A stretch of 64,000 nt of DNA from Aulosira sp. ZfuVER01 (GTDB lineage Bacteria; Cyanobacteriota; Cyanobacteriia; Cyanobacteriales; Nostocaceae), in NCBI GenBank assembly GCA_034530615.2, contig JAVRCV020000041.1, positions 32,001 through 96,000 of the forward strand. The letters are read 5' to 3'. The position numbers were made by a program, and so were the translations under genes. This document shows positions 9,520-19,603 of this stretch, piece by piece (positions within the stretch are counted from its first letter, which is position 1; every line of letters starts with the position of its first letter). The notes beneath the pieces were generated by a model. That model did no database searches and was not told the DNA's origin. It was given only the letters and a program-made list of their open reading frames with translations.

Positions 9520-12500
9520 CTATTGACTATTGACTTTCTCTATAGCCTGCAATAATTCATTGATAGTGTAAGGCTTGCTCAAGAATGTATTGATACCTTC
9601 AACTTCGGCAAGCTGACTTGTGGCGTTGATACCACTCATGACAATAATCTTGACCTGCGGATTCATTTGTTGTAGGACGCGGATAGTGGTTAACCCATCC
9701 ATTGATGGCATCATCATATCTAGCAGTACCAGACTAATTTCATCTTGGTGCTGACTATATAATGCGATCGCCTCAATACCGTTACTAGCTGTCAGTGTTC
9801 TGTAGTTATAGTCTTCCAAGGAGGTTTTGATAATCTCTAGGATGGCGGATTCATCATCTACAACGAGAATCATTTCTCCTTTGCCATTGTGTAATTCTAG
9901 AGCTTCTGCTTCCTGGCTTGCCTTTTGGGAACCAGCTGGTAAGTACACATGAAATTGAGTACCTATACTGATCTCGCTAGAGACATAAATAAAACCACCG
10001 TGGTTTTTAATAATGCCAATCACTGTTGACAAACCTAGCCCTGTACCTTTGCCTTGTTCCTTGGTTGTAAAAAATGGATCGAAAATGCGATCTAAGAGAT
10101 GGCGGGGAATACCCATTCCAGTATCCGAGACTGCGATCGCTACATATTGACCCACCTGAGCATCCAAATGCATTTTGGCGTAGGTATCATCAATCAAAAT
10201 ATTTTCTGCTGAAAGAGTGAGAGTACCACCATTAGGCATCGCATCGCGAGCATTTACACAGAGATTCATTAATATCTGATGTATTTGGGTAGCGTCTGCC
10301 AAGACAGTCCAAAGTTTGGTTGTTGGTAAATTCGTATTGATGATAATGGATTTGGGAAATGTGCTTTGAGCAATATGTTTGATTTCTGAGAGCAAATGTT
10401 CTATTTGTAAAGGTAGGCGCTTGCCTTCAGATCCACGGGCAAAGGTAAGAATTTGTTTTACTAAATCAGCACCGCGTTTAGAATTATTTTCGATTATTTT
10501 TAATAATTGTTGATTTTTTGGATCTAGGTTGCTAATTTTCAGCACCAATAATTGAGATGAGGTAAGAATAGGTGTGAGAATATTATTGAGATCGTGAGCA
10601 ATGCCACTAGCAAGAGTGCCGAGGCTTTCTAGGCGCTGGGCACGGAGAAATTGAGCTTCAAGTTGTTTTTTCTCGGTGATATTGGTGTTGACAACTAAGA
10701 TTGATTTGGGATTTCCGGCTTCATCACGTACCAGTGTCCAACGTCCTTCGACAATGATTTCTGCACCATCTTTGGTGACTTGATGCAATTCACCACGCCA
10801 TTCACCTTGCTCAACAACTGTCTTGAGAACTTCTTCAAGTTGTGGCTTAATTTTCTTATACAACAATTCATTGGCATTTTTGCCTACAGCTTCCTCGGCT
10901 GACCAACCATATAAGCACTCAGCTCCCCTGTTCCAGAATAGAATTTCGTGTGATAAATTACGGACTACGATCGCATCGGTAGTAATATCAAGCAACGCAG
11001 CTTGTTCGCGGATTTTCTGTTCTGCTTGTTTGCGCTCGGTGATGTCCATATCTACTCCAAGCATCCGCACGGCTTTGCCAGTTTGGTCATAAAAAACTTG
11101 ACCTTTGCTAGCTGCCCAGCGAATGTTGCTATTGGGCAAAACAATGCGGAATTCAATGTCATAGGTTACTTGCCCTTGGATTGCTTGCATGATTGCATTA
11201 CTAACAAATTCTTGGTCTTGTGGATGAATTTGATTAATGAAGGTTTCATAAGTCCAATCCAAGCTGTCTCCTGCCAAACCAAACATCGCAGGCAAGTTCT
11301 CAGAACCAGTAATTTTGTTGTCGAGAATATTCCAGTCCCAAATCCCTGTTTGGGCAGCTTCCAAGGCTAACTTCAGTTGCGCTTCACTCTTACGTAATGC
11401 CTCTTCTGCCTGCTTGCGCTCAATTAGTTCAGCTTGTATCTGCTGATATAGTTCTGATTGCTGGATGGCAATACTTACTTGGGTTGACAATTGATTCAAG
11501 AAATCTATTTCCCACTGCTGCCACAATCGGGGTGCTGAACATTGGTTAATCACTAACAATCCCCACAAATGGTCTTCTTGCACAATGGGAATTGCCAAGT
11601 TTGCCTTGATCTGAAATTGAGTGAGTAAATCGCAGTGGCATTGAGTGAGACCTGCTGTATAAATATCTGTTACAGCTTGAATGCGCCCATGTTTGTATTC
11701 CTCACCGCCGGTTTCCATAAAATAAGTATCTTCAACTTTGGCATCCAGAGCAGAAGTCCAACCTTCACCAATAGCTTCCACTATTACAGTGCCACTGTAG
11801 TCTGCTTGAAAGCGATAAATAAAAACTCGGTCAGCTTTGAGGAACTGCCGAACTTCAGCCACGGTGGTATTTAAAACCTCATCCAAATTTAAAGAGGCGC
11901 GGATACGCTGGGCAATTACTGTCATCAGTCGCTGCTGTTCTGTATGTTGTTGCAGTGCCAACTCTGTGCGCTTGCGATCGCTAATGTCTCGTAAAATTGA
12001 TAGATGGCGATGAGGCAGAAAGTTAGCTGTCGCTCCATATTCCACATCACGAATCGTACCATCGGGACGTAGGAGGCGAAATTCCCCAGTCTCTCGCTTA
12101 CTTGCTTGAAATTCTTGCCATGCTTTGATGAAATCAAAACCAGGCTCGGCAAATTCTACAATAGTGCGACCTAATATCTCTGTGGTTGATAAGCCAAAAA
12201 GTCGAGCGGCAGCGGGGTTAGCGTCTACATACCTGCCTTGATCGTCTGCAATCACCATAGCGTCATTTGCGCCCTGAAATAATGCTCTTAGTTGCAACTC
12301 GCTAGTTTGGAGTGCAGATTCTGCTTGCTGGCGTTCAGTCAAGTCCATGCCAGTGCCAATGATATATTCCACTGACCCTGATTCATCGCAAATAGCAGTA
12401 TTAGACCAAGCAATCAACCGAAGATTTCCCTGTTTTGTTAACCAATAGTTTTGGTGTTGGTTGGGAAATTGACCTGCTTGGATTTGCCGAAAAACTTTTT

Positions 12501-13794
12501 TGACGGATTCTTTTTCTTCTGGAACTAAAAACACATCCCAAAAAGGCTTTCCCTTGACTTCAGCAAACGAATAGTTGGTGACTGCTTCACAGGTTTGATT
12601 AAAGCGGAGAATTCTTCCTTGGCGATCGAGTACTACGATCAAACAGCCAACTATATTGAGGATGGCTGAAATAAAATCACGCTCCTGCTGGAGATTTGTC
12701 TCTGTTTGCTGGAGTCGAAGAAATGCACGTTCGCGATCGCGGATTTCCTGTTGCAAAAGAGCATTAGCTTGGGTAAGTTCAATTGTGCGTTCCGCTACTC
12801 GTCTTTCTAACTCATTAGAAACTCGGCGTAGCTCGTCTTCTACTTGCTGGCGTTGCCTAACTTCGTTCTGTAATTCCTCGTTGGCTTGTCTTAATTCATC
12901 TGTCTGTTGTTCTACCTGTTGTTGAAGCGCGGCAATTACAGCAGACATTTCCAGACGTTCCAAAACTTGTAGAAAGCTTGTCTGGGTAATAATTCCCAGC
13001 AATTCCCCTTGCTCCCCAGCTACAACCAATCGGCGGACATGGCGACGTTGCATTTCTTCATGGGCAACCAATAGAGAATCTGTGGGACTCAGGCAAAATA
13101 ACGGTGTACTCATCACGTTTTCTACCTGAGTTTGAGCTAAATCTAAACCCAATACCTGAAATTGCAAAATGTCTCGTTCGGTAATAATTCCTATAGGGAT
13201 CAGCAAGTCCAATTGCTCCGGTGCTGCTTCCTCTATCACCACACAACTAACTTGATGTTCAGCCATGAGTCGGGCTACATTCAGCACAGTTGCAGTTCGC
13301 GGCGCATGAACAATCTGCGTAGTCATCAATTCGCTAACATAGCGTAGCTTGAGAAAATTGGCAGGTTGCAGCGCTTGACGAATAGTTGCAGGTGTAATAA
13401 TACCAACCAATTGATCGTTGTCATCCAACACAGGTAGATGGCGAATCTGATGCTGATGTAATAACGACACAACAGTAAAAAGATCCTGAGCATCGGATTG
13501 CTTGAGGGTAATCAGTTGTCGTGTCATTACTTCGGCAATTTTCACCCCAGATAGCTTAATTCCAGAGGCAGTTAGCCTGACTAAATCCCGTTCTGTAAAA
13601 GTTCCTACTACTTGAGACTCCTCAACTACCAAGGTACTACTAGTTCGGTGCTGACTCATCAAGACAATGGCATCGACTACAGAAACATCTGCGGTAACTG
13701 TCAAGGGAGAATAGTATATACAATCATTTAAACTTGGTAAATGAAGGGACTCAGGGTGAAATTCATGATGATTATTTTGTCTTGTGAGTGACAT
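9520..13794 (-). CDS. Hybrid sensor histidine kinase: 4xCBS - coiled coil - PAS - PAS - cyanobacteriochrome-type GAF - PAS - PAS - HisKA - HATPase - REC
   Basis: CBS repeats (VGTFTERDLV, IRHLPVLD, IGIITERDIL, VRRLVV); GAF with EDTYF and CH motif; GIAHDLNN H-box; NARDAM, DTGMG, GTGLGL; C-terminal VVDD...LLDMMMP...K receiver. Confidence 0.9.
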   Translation of the reverse strand: MSLTRQNNHHEFHPESLHLPSLNDCIYYSPLTVTADVSVVDAIVLMSQHRTSSTLVVEESQVVGTFTERDLVRLTASGIKLSGVKIAEVMTRQLITLKQSDAQDLFTVVSLLHQHQIRHLPVLDDNDQLVGIITPATIRQALQPANFLKLRYVSELMTTQIVHAPRTATVLNVARLMAEHQVSCVVIEEAAPEQLDLLIPIGIITERDILQFQVLGLDLAQTQVENVMSTPLFCLSPTDSLLVAHEEMQRRHVRRLVVAGEQGELLGIITQTSFLQVLERLEMSAVIAALQQQVEQQTDELRQANEELQNEVRQRQQVEDELRRVSNELERRVAERTIELTQANALLQQEIRDRERAFLRLQQTETNLQQERDFISAILNIVGCLIVVLDRQGRILRFNQTCEAVTNYSFAEVKGKPFWDVFLVPEEKESVKKVFRQIQAGQFPNQHQNYWLTKQGNLRLIAWSNTAICDESGSVEYIIGTGMDLTERQQAESALQTSELQLRALFQGANDAMVIADDQGRYVDANPAAARLFGLSTTEILGRTIVEFAEPGFDFIKAWQEFQASKRETGEFRLLRPDGTIRDVEYGATANFLPHRHLSILRDISDRKRTELALQQHTEQQRLMTVIAQRIRASLNLDEVLNTTVAEVRQFLKADRVFIYRFQADYSGTVIVEAIGEGWTSALDAKVEDTYFMETGGEEYKHGRIQAVTDIYTAGLTQCHCDLLTQFQIKANLAIPIVQEDHLWGLLVINQCSAPRLWQQWEIDFLNQLSTQVSIAIQQSELYQQIQAELIERKQAEEALRKSEAQLKLALEAAQTGIWDWNILDNKITGSENLPAMFGLAGDSLDWTYETFINQIHPQDQEFVSNAIMQAIQGQVTYDIEFRIVLPNSNIRWAASKGQVFYDQTGKAVRMLGVDMDITERKQAEQKIREQAALLDITTDAIVVRNLSHEILFWNRGAECLYGWSAEEAVGKNANELLYKKIKPQLEEVLKTVVEQGEWRGELHQVTKDGAEIIVEGRWTLVRDEAGNPKSILVVNTNITEKKQLEAQFLRAQRLESLGTLASGIAHDLNNILTPILTSSQLLVLKISNLDPKNQQLLKIIENNSKRGADLVKQILTFARGSEGKRLPLQIEHLLSEIKHIAQSTFPKSIIINTNLPTTKLWTVLADATQIHQILMNLCVNARDAMPNGGTLTLSAENILIDDTYAKMHLDAQVGQYVAIAVSDTGMGIPRHLLDRIFDPFFTTKEQGKGTGLGLSTVIGIIKNHGGFIYVSSEISIGTQFHVYLPAGSQKASQEAEALELHNGKGEMILVVDDESAILEIIKTSLEDYNYRTLTASNGIEAIALYSQHQDEISLVLLDMMMPSMDGLTTIRVLQQMNPQVKIIVMSGINATSQLAEVEGINTFLSKPYTINELLQAIEKVNSQ

Positions 13795-14237
13795 AATCCC
13801 TAATGTGTTGGCTTTGAATGGCTAGCTACAATCCAGTTTTTATAGTTGATGTTTGCTAAATATTACGTGTGCTTACAAAAATTAGCTTTCAAGTATTTCA
13901 GCCATTTTAATGAATGAAAATGAATGGATATATTACCCGACTATGCCAGGATGCATGATTAGACAAGTCTAGAAATGCTTGATTGTTCTTACTTAGTTTT
14001 TATCGATGTCTGTAAACGCTTCTAGAGTATTTAAAAAAGCGTCAAAATGGAAATCTAATTTTATCGATATTTTTTTGTTAAAAAAAATCAGAAAAGTATG
14101 TAATTGTTAATGAAATTAGAATTTTTTTTAACACGCGCTTTTACAGACATCAGTCTATCACCTTCAACAGCAAAACTTGCGTCTATAAGTGTTCGTATTT
14201 GTTAATCAGCTATGGAATTTATACCTATAGGAGAACA

Positions 14238-15536
14238 TCACCATTCTGTTAAGGCGATCGCAATTCCTTGTTGTAAGTCTGGTGTAATTGTGGTGTTATT
14301 TGCTAGCTGTTGCAATTGTTGGTATGCAACTTCTGGTGCTAGGTTTTTGAGTGCAGCGATCGCGTGTAGTCGCACCGATTTATTTGGATCTGCTAGTAGT
14401 TCAATCAATGGTTCAATTGCCAGCATTTGACCTAACTGTCCTAAAGATAGAGCGATCGCACTTTTAATATTGGCAATTTCTGTAGCTGGATGCGGCGATC
14501 TCAGCATTTCCAATAAAATTTCTGTGGCGATGAGTGTTAATTGCGGCTTTTGTACTCTTCCTAAAACGGTGACAATTTCGTGCCACAGTGTTTCTGAGGT
14601 GCTTTGATTCAGTGCTTGTTGGAGATATTCCAAACTAGAAACAGTCTCTAACCAGCTAAGGGAGCGAATGGTTTCTAATTGCAGCTTTATTGATTGATTT
14701 GGTGAAATTAGTACTTCAAATAAGTACTTAGCAGCATTTTCTCCACCCATTCGTGCCAAAGCAACTGCTGCTGCACAAGCAACGTCTTCACTCAAGTCAT
14801 AAAGTCTGGGTTGGAGTTGTGCCACCAAATCTAAGGTTTCGCATAAATCAGAGCGAAAACCTAAACCTTGGACTGCGGCTAGCCTTACTGGGGTAGCGAA
14901 ATCATCTAAAGCCTTGACTAATAACGGGGGTACACGTTCATCGTGAAAACTACTGAGGGTTGCAATCGCTGCGGCCCTGACTGTGGCTTGGGGATCTTGT
15001 ACCACATTCAATAGAGGTGGAATGGTTTCTGTACGTCGGATGTAAGAGAGCGATCGCACTGCCAAAAGCCGTGTATCATCATCGCTTAAAAGTTCAGCAA
15101 GCGCTGCGATCGCCAGAGTATCCATTTCTCCTAATGCAGTTGCAGCCATCGCTTTAAGTTCTTGGCTGTCGCTACTTTTTAACAATTGCACTAAAGGAGC
15201 GATCGTATCTGGGTGCTTAAATTCTGACAATATTCGCGCTGCATACCAGCGAACTTCTTCCTCCGCGTCTTCATCTTCTAAGATTTCAATTAAGGGAGGA
15301 ATCGCAATATTTCCCAGTTGGATGAAAATCTTCGTAATTTCCCAGCGTTGCTGAAAATCCCCAAATTCTAAAATCGAGAGTGCTAATTCCAGCATTTGCT
15401 CTCGATGTTTAACTATATCCGGATTTGTAGAGTCTTTTTTCAGAATCAACTTTTGTAAATATTGAATCAGCAATGACCAATCAGCCGCATCATGTGCTAC
15501 CTGTGCTTGCACCAAAAGCTGGTTGATGTTATTCAC
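14238..15536 (-). CDS. nirB: HEAT-repeat protein, nitrite reductase maturation factor
   Basis: Multiple PBS-lyase-type HEAT repeats. Position upstream of and divergent from nirA, behind the Rieske gene. Confidence 0.75.
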   Translation of the reverse strand: MNNINQLLVQAQVAHDAADWSLLIQYLQKLILKKDSTNPDIVKHREQMLELALSILEFGDFQQRWEITKIFIQLGNIAIPPLIEILEDEDAEEEVRWYAARILSEFKHPDTIAPLVQLLKSSDSQELKAMAATALGEMDTLAIAALAELLSDDDTRLLAVRSLSYIRRTETIPPLLNVVQDPQATVRAAAIATLSSFHDERVPPLLVKALDDFATPVRLAAVQGLGFRSDLCETLDLVAQLQPRLYDLSEDVACAAAVALARMGGENAAKYLFEVLISPNQSIKLQLETIRSLSWLETVSSLEYLQQALNQSTSETLWHEIVTVLGRVQKPQLTLIATEILLEMLRSPHPATEIANIKSAIALSLGQLGQMLAIEPLIELLADPNKSVRLHAIAALKNLAPEVAYQQLQQLANNTTITPDLQQGIAIALTEW

Positions 15537-15611
15537 GATCCTGAGAAACCCCTACACTGCTAATTTGAATCTTCTCATAGCCTACTGATTCATCGCAAAA
15601 ATTTTGATAAG

Positions 15612-15670
15612 TTCGTAGTGAGTAAGCACTTCAGTACTTAAAATTCCACGACTAAAGTCCTGACTACGAA
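15612..15670. repeat. Dispersed palindromic repeat TTCGTAGT...ACTACGAA
   Basis: Terminal inverted repeat. The right arm (rc TTCGTAGTCAGGACTTTA) matches the copy at 44560-44587. Confidence 0.7.
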
Positions 15671-15703
15671 TTCCTTCTGCCCTCTGCCGTCTGCCTTCTT
15701 GCA

Positions 15704-16135
15704 CTAGCTTTGCTTCACCACTACAGAATCGCCCTCAATTTTAGCAGTATAAGTTTTCAGCGGTTTCTTGGCTGGGCCTTTTAGCACCTTACCATCAGCC
15801 CCATATTCAGAGCCATGACAGGGACAAGCAAATTTTTTAGCTTCGTCTTTCCATGCTACCGTGCAGCCTTTATGAGTACAGGTAGGGTCAACAGCAATCA
15901 GATTTTCCGATTTAGATTTACCCACTACCAATACCGGCCCAACAGGTGAGTCATTGGTAATTAACTGACCAGTCTTATCTAATTCTGCTGAAGTACCTAC
16001 CTTTTGCCAGCCTCCAGATGCAGAAGATGTTGGTGTTGGTGTCGTTGTCTGGGAAGAACAAGCAGCAATTGCTATCGGTAGAGAACTTGCTATCCAGCCT
16101 AAACCTACCCAACTGATGAAGTCACGACGTTTCAT
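15704..16135 (-). CDS. Small Rieske [2Fe-2S] lipoprotein (PetC3-like)
   Basis: Twin-arginine signal MKRRDFI, lipobox-like AIAAC, Rieske boxes CTHKGC and CPCHGS. Confidence 0.85.
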   Translation of the reverse strand: MKRRDFISWVGLGWIASSLPIAIAACSSQTTTPTPTSSASGGWQKVGTSAELDKTGQLITNDSPVGPVLVVGKSKSENLIAVDPTCTHKGCTVAWKDEAKKFACPCHGSEYGADGKVLKGPAKKPLKTYTAKIEGDSVVVKQS

Positions 16136-16223
16136 AGGCTACTTTATCTCAAATGGCTTTGACGTTTGGATTAATGGCGATCGCTTTTCTCAAGGGCTGC
16201 GTGTCACTTCAGAAACACATATT

Positions 16224-16238
16224 ATGCAGAAAATGCAT
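16224..16238. promoter_or_regulatory. NtcB-binding site of the nirA promoter
   Basis: ATGCagaaaatGCAT, containing a LysR T-N11-A core, centred about 51 nt upstream of the NtcA site centre (about -93 from the inferred start). Confidence 0.8.
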
Positions 16239-16275
16239 CATATAGATACATTTTTGGCCAGTAACCTAAAATTTC

Positions 16276-16317
16276 GTAGCGATTTATACGATTTTAGCGA
16301 AAATCCGCCTTTAACCT
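16276..16317 (+). promoter_or_regulatory. Class II NtcA-activated nirA promoter
   Basis: GTAgcgatttaTAC (16276-16289), N22, TAACCT (16312-16317). Confidence 0.92.
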
Positions 16318-16544
16318 TAATAGTATGTAAATCGTTACACTTTCAGTACCAGAACAGCTATTACACCTTTTCCAAATGGATACACGGAAATATTTTTCCT
16401 GAAGCAATAATTTCAGTACCAAATATACATTATGAATGCATTTGCCCTAGTAGACAAAAGAAACGATCGACTACGGGTTAATTGATATTGGGCAATAACT
16501 CTAGAGGTTCTTCGGGATTAAAAATTTGCAATGAGAGTCAGCTC

Positions 16545-18116
16545 ATGACAGACACAGCAACTACCACTACAGCCAGCCTCAACAAGTTCGAGAAATTCAA
16601 GGCAGAAAAAGATGGACTTGCCATTAAGGGGGAAATCGAAAAATTTGCCTCTCTAGGCTGGGAAGCAATGGATGACACAGACCGCGATCATCGACTTAAG
16701 TGGGTGGGCGTATTTTTTCGCCCAGTCACCCCTGGTAAGTTTATGATGCGGATGCGAATACCAAACGGTATTCTCACCAGTGCCCAGATGCGTGCTTTCG
16801 CAGAAGTGGTGCAGCGTTACGGTGATGATGGCAGCGCCGATATTACGACCAGGCAAAATATCCAACTGCGAGGAATCGCGATTGAAGACTTGCCAGATAT
16901 CTTTAATAGATTTGAGGCAGTGGGTTTAACCACCATCCAATCAGGGATGGACAACATCCGCAATATCACAGGCGACCCGGTGGCGGGGTTGGATGCAGAT
17001 GAGTTGTTTGATACACGAGAGTTGGTACAACAAATTCAAGATATGTTGACCAACAAAGGCCAAGGGAACTCGGAGTTTACCAACCTACCGCGCAAATTTA
17101 ATATTGCAATTACTGGTGGAAGGGATAATTCAGTTCATGCCGAAATCAACGATTTAGCCTTTGTGCCAGCTTTTAAGGATGCAGATACCTCATCGCCCAA
17201 ATTTGGGTTTAACATCCTCGTTGGTGGTTTCTTCTCAGCCAAACGTTGTGAAGCGGCGATCCCCTTGAATGCATGGGTAGCTCCCGAAGATGTGGTAGCT
17301 GTGTGTAGAGCGATCGTGGAAGTGTTTCGCGACAATGGCTTACGGGCCAATCGCCAAAAAGCTCGCTTGATGTGGTTGATTGACGAGTGGGGTCTAGAAA
17401 AATTCCGCTTGGAAGTGGAAAAGCGTTTGGGTAAGTCATTTTTACCCGCAGCAGCAAAAGATGAAATCGACTGGGAAAAACGCGACCACATCGGTGTATA
17501 CAAACAAAAACAACCGGGATTAAACTACGTAGGTTTACATATCCCTGTGGGTCGGTTGTATGCGGGAGATATGTTTGAAATTGCCCGTTTAGCAGAGGTT
17601 TACGGCAGTGGAGAAATCCGGCTAACGGTCGAGCAGAACATCATTATCCCCAATATTTCTGATTCGCGTTTAGTCACATTTTTAACTGAACCTTTATTAG
17701 AAAGGTTTACTGTAGATCCTGGTTTACTAACGCGATCGCTCGTTTCTTGCACAGGCGCACAGTTCTGCAACTTTGCCCTGATCGAAACCAAAAACCGTGC
17801 TTTGGCAACGATTCAAGCCTTGGAATCAGAGTTAATCCTCACTCGTCCTGTACGCATTCATTGGACTGGTTGCCCTAACTCCTGCGGACAGCCACAAGTT
17901 GCAGACATCGGCTTAATGGGAACGAAAACCCGCAAGAACGGCAAAACCTTAGAAGGGGTGGACATCTACATGGGCGGTAAAGTCGGCAAAGATGCACATT
18001 TGGGAACTTGCGTCACCAAAGGCATACCCTGCGAAGACTTGCACCCAGTATTACAAAATTTACTCATCCAACACTTTGGCGCAAAGCTTAAGCAAGAAGC
18101 CTTAGTTACTCATTAG
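16545..18116 (+). CDS. nirA: Ferredoxin-nitrite reductase
   Basis: ITTRQNIQLR, NLPRKFN, and siroheme/4Fe-4S ligands CTGAQFC and GCPNSCG. Start moved to ATG 16545. Confidence 0.97.
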   Translation: MTDTATTTTASLNKFEKFKAEKDGLAIKGEIEKFASLGWEAMDDTDRDHRLKWVGVFFRPVTPGKFMMRMRIPNGILTSAQMRAFAEVVQRYGDDGSADITTRQNIQLRGIAIEDLPDIFNRFEAVGLTTIQSGMDNIRNITGDPVAGLDADELFDTRELVQQIQDMLTNKGQGNSEFTNLPRKFNIAITGGRDNSVHAEINDLAFVPAFKDADTSSPKFGFNILVGGFFSAKRCEAAIPLNAWVAPEDVVAVCRAIVEVFRDNGLRANRQKARLMWLIDEWGLEKFRLEVEKRLGKSFLPAAAKDEIDWEKRDHIGVYKQKQPGLNYVGLHIPVGRLYAGDMFEIARLAEVYGSGEIRLTVEQNIIIPNISDSRLVTFLTEPLLERFTVDPGLLTRSLVSCTGAQFCNFALIETKNRALATIQALESELILTRPVRIHWTGCPNSCGQPQVADIGLMGTKTRKNGKTLEGVDIYMGGKVGKDAHLGTCVTKGIPCEDLHPVLQNLLIQHFGAKLKQEALVTH

Positions 18117-18122
18117 ATGAGT

Positions 18123-18150
18123 GTAGGGGTTTAGCAATGCTAAACCCGTA
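18123..18150. repeat. REP-like palindrome in the nirA-nrtA spacer
   Basis: GTAG-GGGTTTAGCA-a-TGCTAAACCC, a perfect 10-bp stem. Confidence 0.7.
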
Positions 18151-18220
18151 TTGACTATTTCGGTGAGTGGATAAAAAGCAACAACCAATAACTGCGTAAC
18201 CAAAAACTAACAAAGGAACA

Positions 18221-19546
18221 ATGAAAGATCTTTCACGTAGAAAATTTATTTTCACCACTACTGCTGCGGCTGCTGCTTCTATCTTGGCTCATGGTTGCGC
18301 TTCTAGTAATTCCAATTCCGCTACAACAGGTGAACAAGCACCCTCGGCTGCGCCAGCTGCAAATGTCTCTACAGCAGCTAACGCACCCAAAGTTGAAACT
18401 ACCAAAGCCAAGCTAGGATTTATCGCACTCACTGACTCTGCACCCCTCATCATTGCTAAAGAAAAGGGCTTCTTTGCCAAGTACGGCATGAAAGATGTCG
18501 AGGTGATCAAGCAGAAATCTTGGCCTGTCACCCGTGACAACCTAAAAATAGGCTCGGCTGGCGGTGGTATTGATGGCGCACACATCCTCAGCCCTATGCC
18601 TTACCTGATGACGATTAACGATAAAGTGCCAATGTATCTCTTGGCGCGGTTAAATACCAACGGTCAAGCTATCTCTGTAGCTAATAAGTTGAAAGACCTA
18701 AAAGTTGGTTTAGAAAGTAAGGGGTTGAAAGAGGCTGCTGAAAAAGCCAAAGCTGATAAAAAATCTATGAAAGTGGCAATGACTTTCCCCGGTGGTACTC
18801 ACGATTTATGGATGCGTTATTGGCTAGCAGCTGGCGGGATCAATCCTGACCAAGATGTGGTTTTGGAACCTGTACCACCCCCACAAATGGTGGCAAATAT
18901 GAAAGTTGGCACAGTCGATGCCTTTTGTGTGGGAGAACCTTGGAATGCCCAATTAGTCAGCCAAAAATTAGGTTATTCAGCCCTAGTGACAGGCGAGTTG
19001 TGGAAAGACCATCCAGAAAAAGCCTTTGCTATGCGTAAAGACTGGGTTGATCAAAACCCCAATGCGGCACAGGCGCTATTAATGGCAGTTCTAGAGGCGC
19101 AACAGTGGTGCGATAAACCAGAAAACAAAGAGGAGATGTGCAAAATCTGCTCTGACCGCAAATACTTTAACGTTGCTGCCGCAGATATTCTAGAAAGGTC
19201 TAAGGGTAATATTGACTTCGGTGATGGACGCAAGCAACAAAACTTCGCTAATAAGATGAAGTACTGGGCTGATAATGCTTCCTATCCTTATAAGAGCCAC
19301 GATACTTGGTTTTTAACTGAAGAAATTCGCTGGGGCTATCTGCCAAAAGATACCAAAGTTAAAGAAATAGTTGACCAGGTAAACAAAGAAGATTTGTGGA
19401 AGAAAGCAGCGAAAGCTCTTGGCGTACCTGATTCAGAAATTCCTACTAGTACTTCTCGTGGAGTTGAGACTTTCTTTGATGGTGTCAAGTTTGATCCTGA
19501 AAAACCAGAAGAATATCTCAATAGTTTGAAAATTAAAAAAGTTTAA
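18221..19546 (+). CDS. nrtA: Nitrate/nitrite ABC transporter substrate-binding lipoprotein
   Basis: Tat/lipoprotein signal SRRKF...AHGC; LGFIALTDSAPL; FCVGEPWN. Confidence 0.95.
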   Translation: MKDLSRRKFIFTTTAAAAASILAHGCASSNSNSATTGEQAPSAAPAANVSTAANAPKVETTKAKLGFIALTDSAPLIIAKEKGFFAKYGMKDVEVIKQKSWPVTRDNLKIGSAGGGIDGAHILSPMPYLMTINDKVPMYLLARLNTNGQAISVANKLKDLKVGLESKGLKEAAEKAKADKKSMKVAMTFPGGTHDLWMRYWLAAGGINPDQDVVLEPVPPPQMVANMKVGTVDAFCVGEPWNAQLVSQKLGYSALVTGELWKDHPEKAFAMRKDWVDQNPNAAQALLMAVLEAQQWCDKPENKEEMCKICSDRKYFNVAAADILERSKGNIDFGDGRKQQNFANKMKYWADNASYPYKSHDTWFLTEEIRWGYLPKDTKVKEIVDQVNKEDLWKKAAKALGVPDSEIPTSTSRGVETFFDGVKFDPEKPEEYLNSLKIKKV

Positions 19547-19603
19547 GAATGGCTGCGATCGCTTCTTTTTAATTAACTACACTACAACAGGAGAAAGAAG
19601 AAC

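Noticed and set aside
16116..16481. 121-aa ORF upstream of nirA
   Set aside because: Overlaps the NtcB/NtcA promoter and the Rieske start; no protein-like features.
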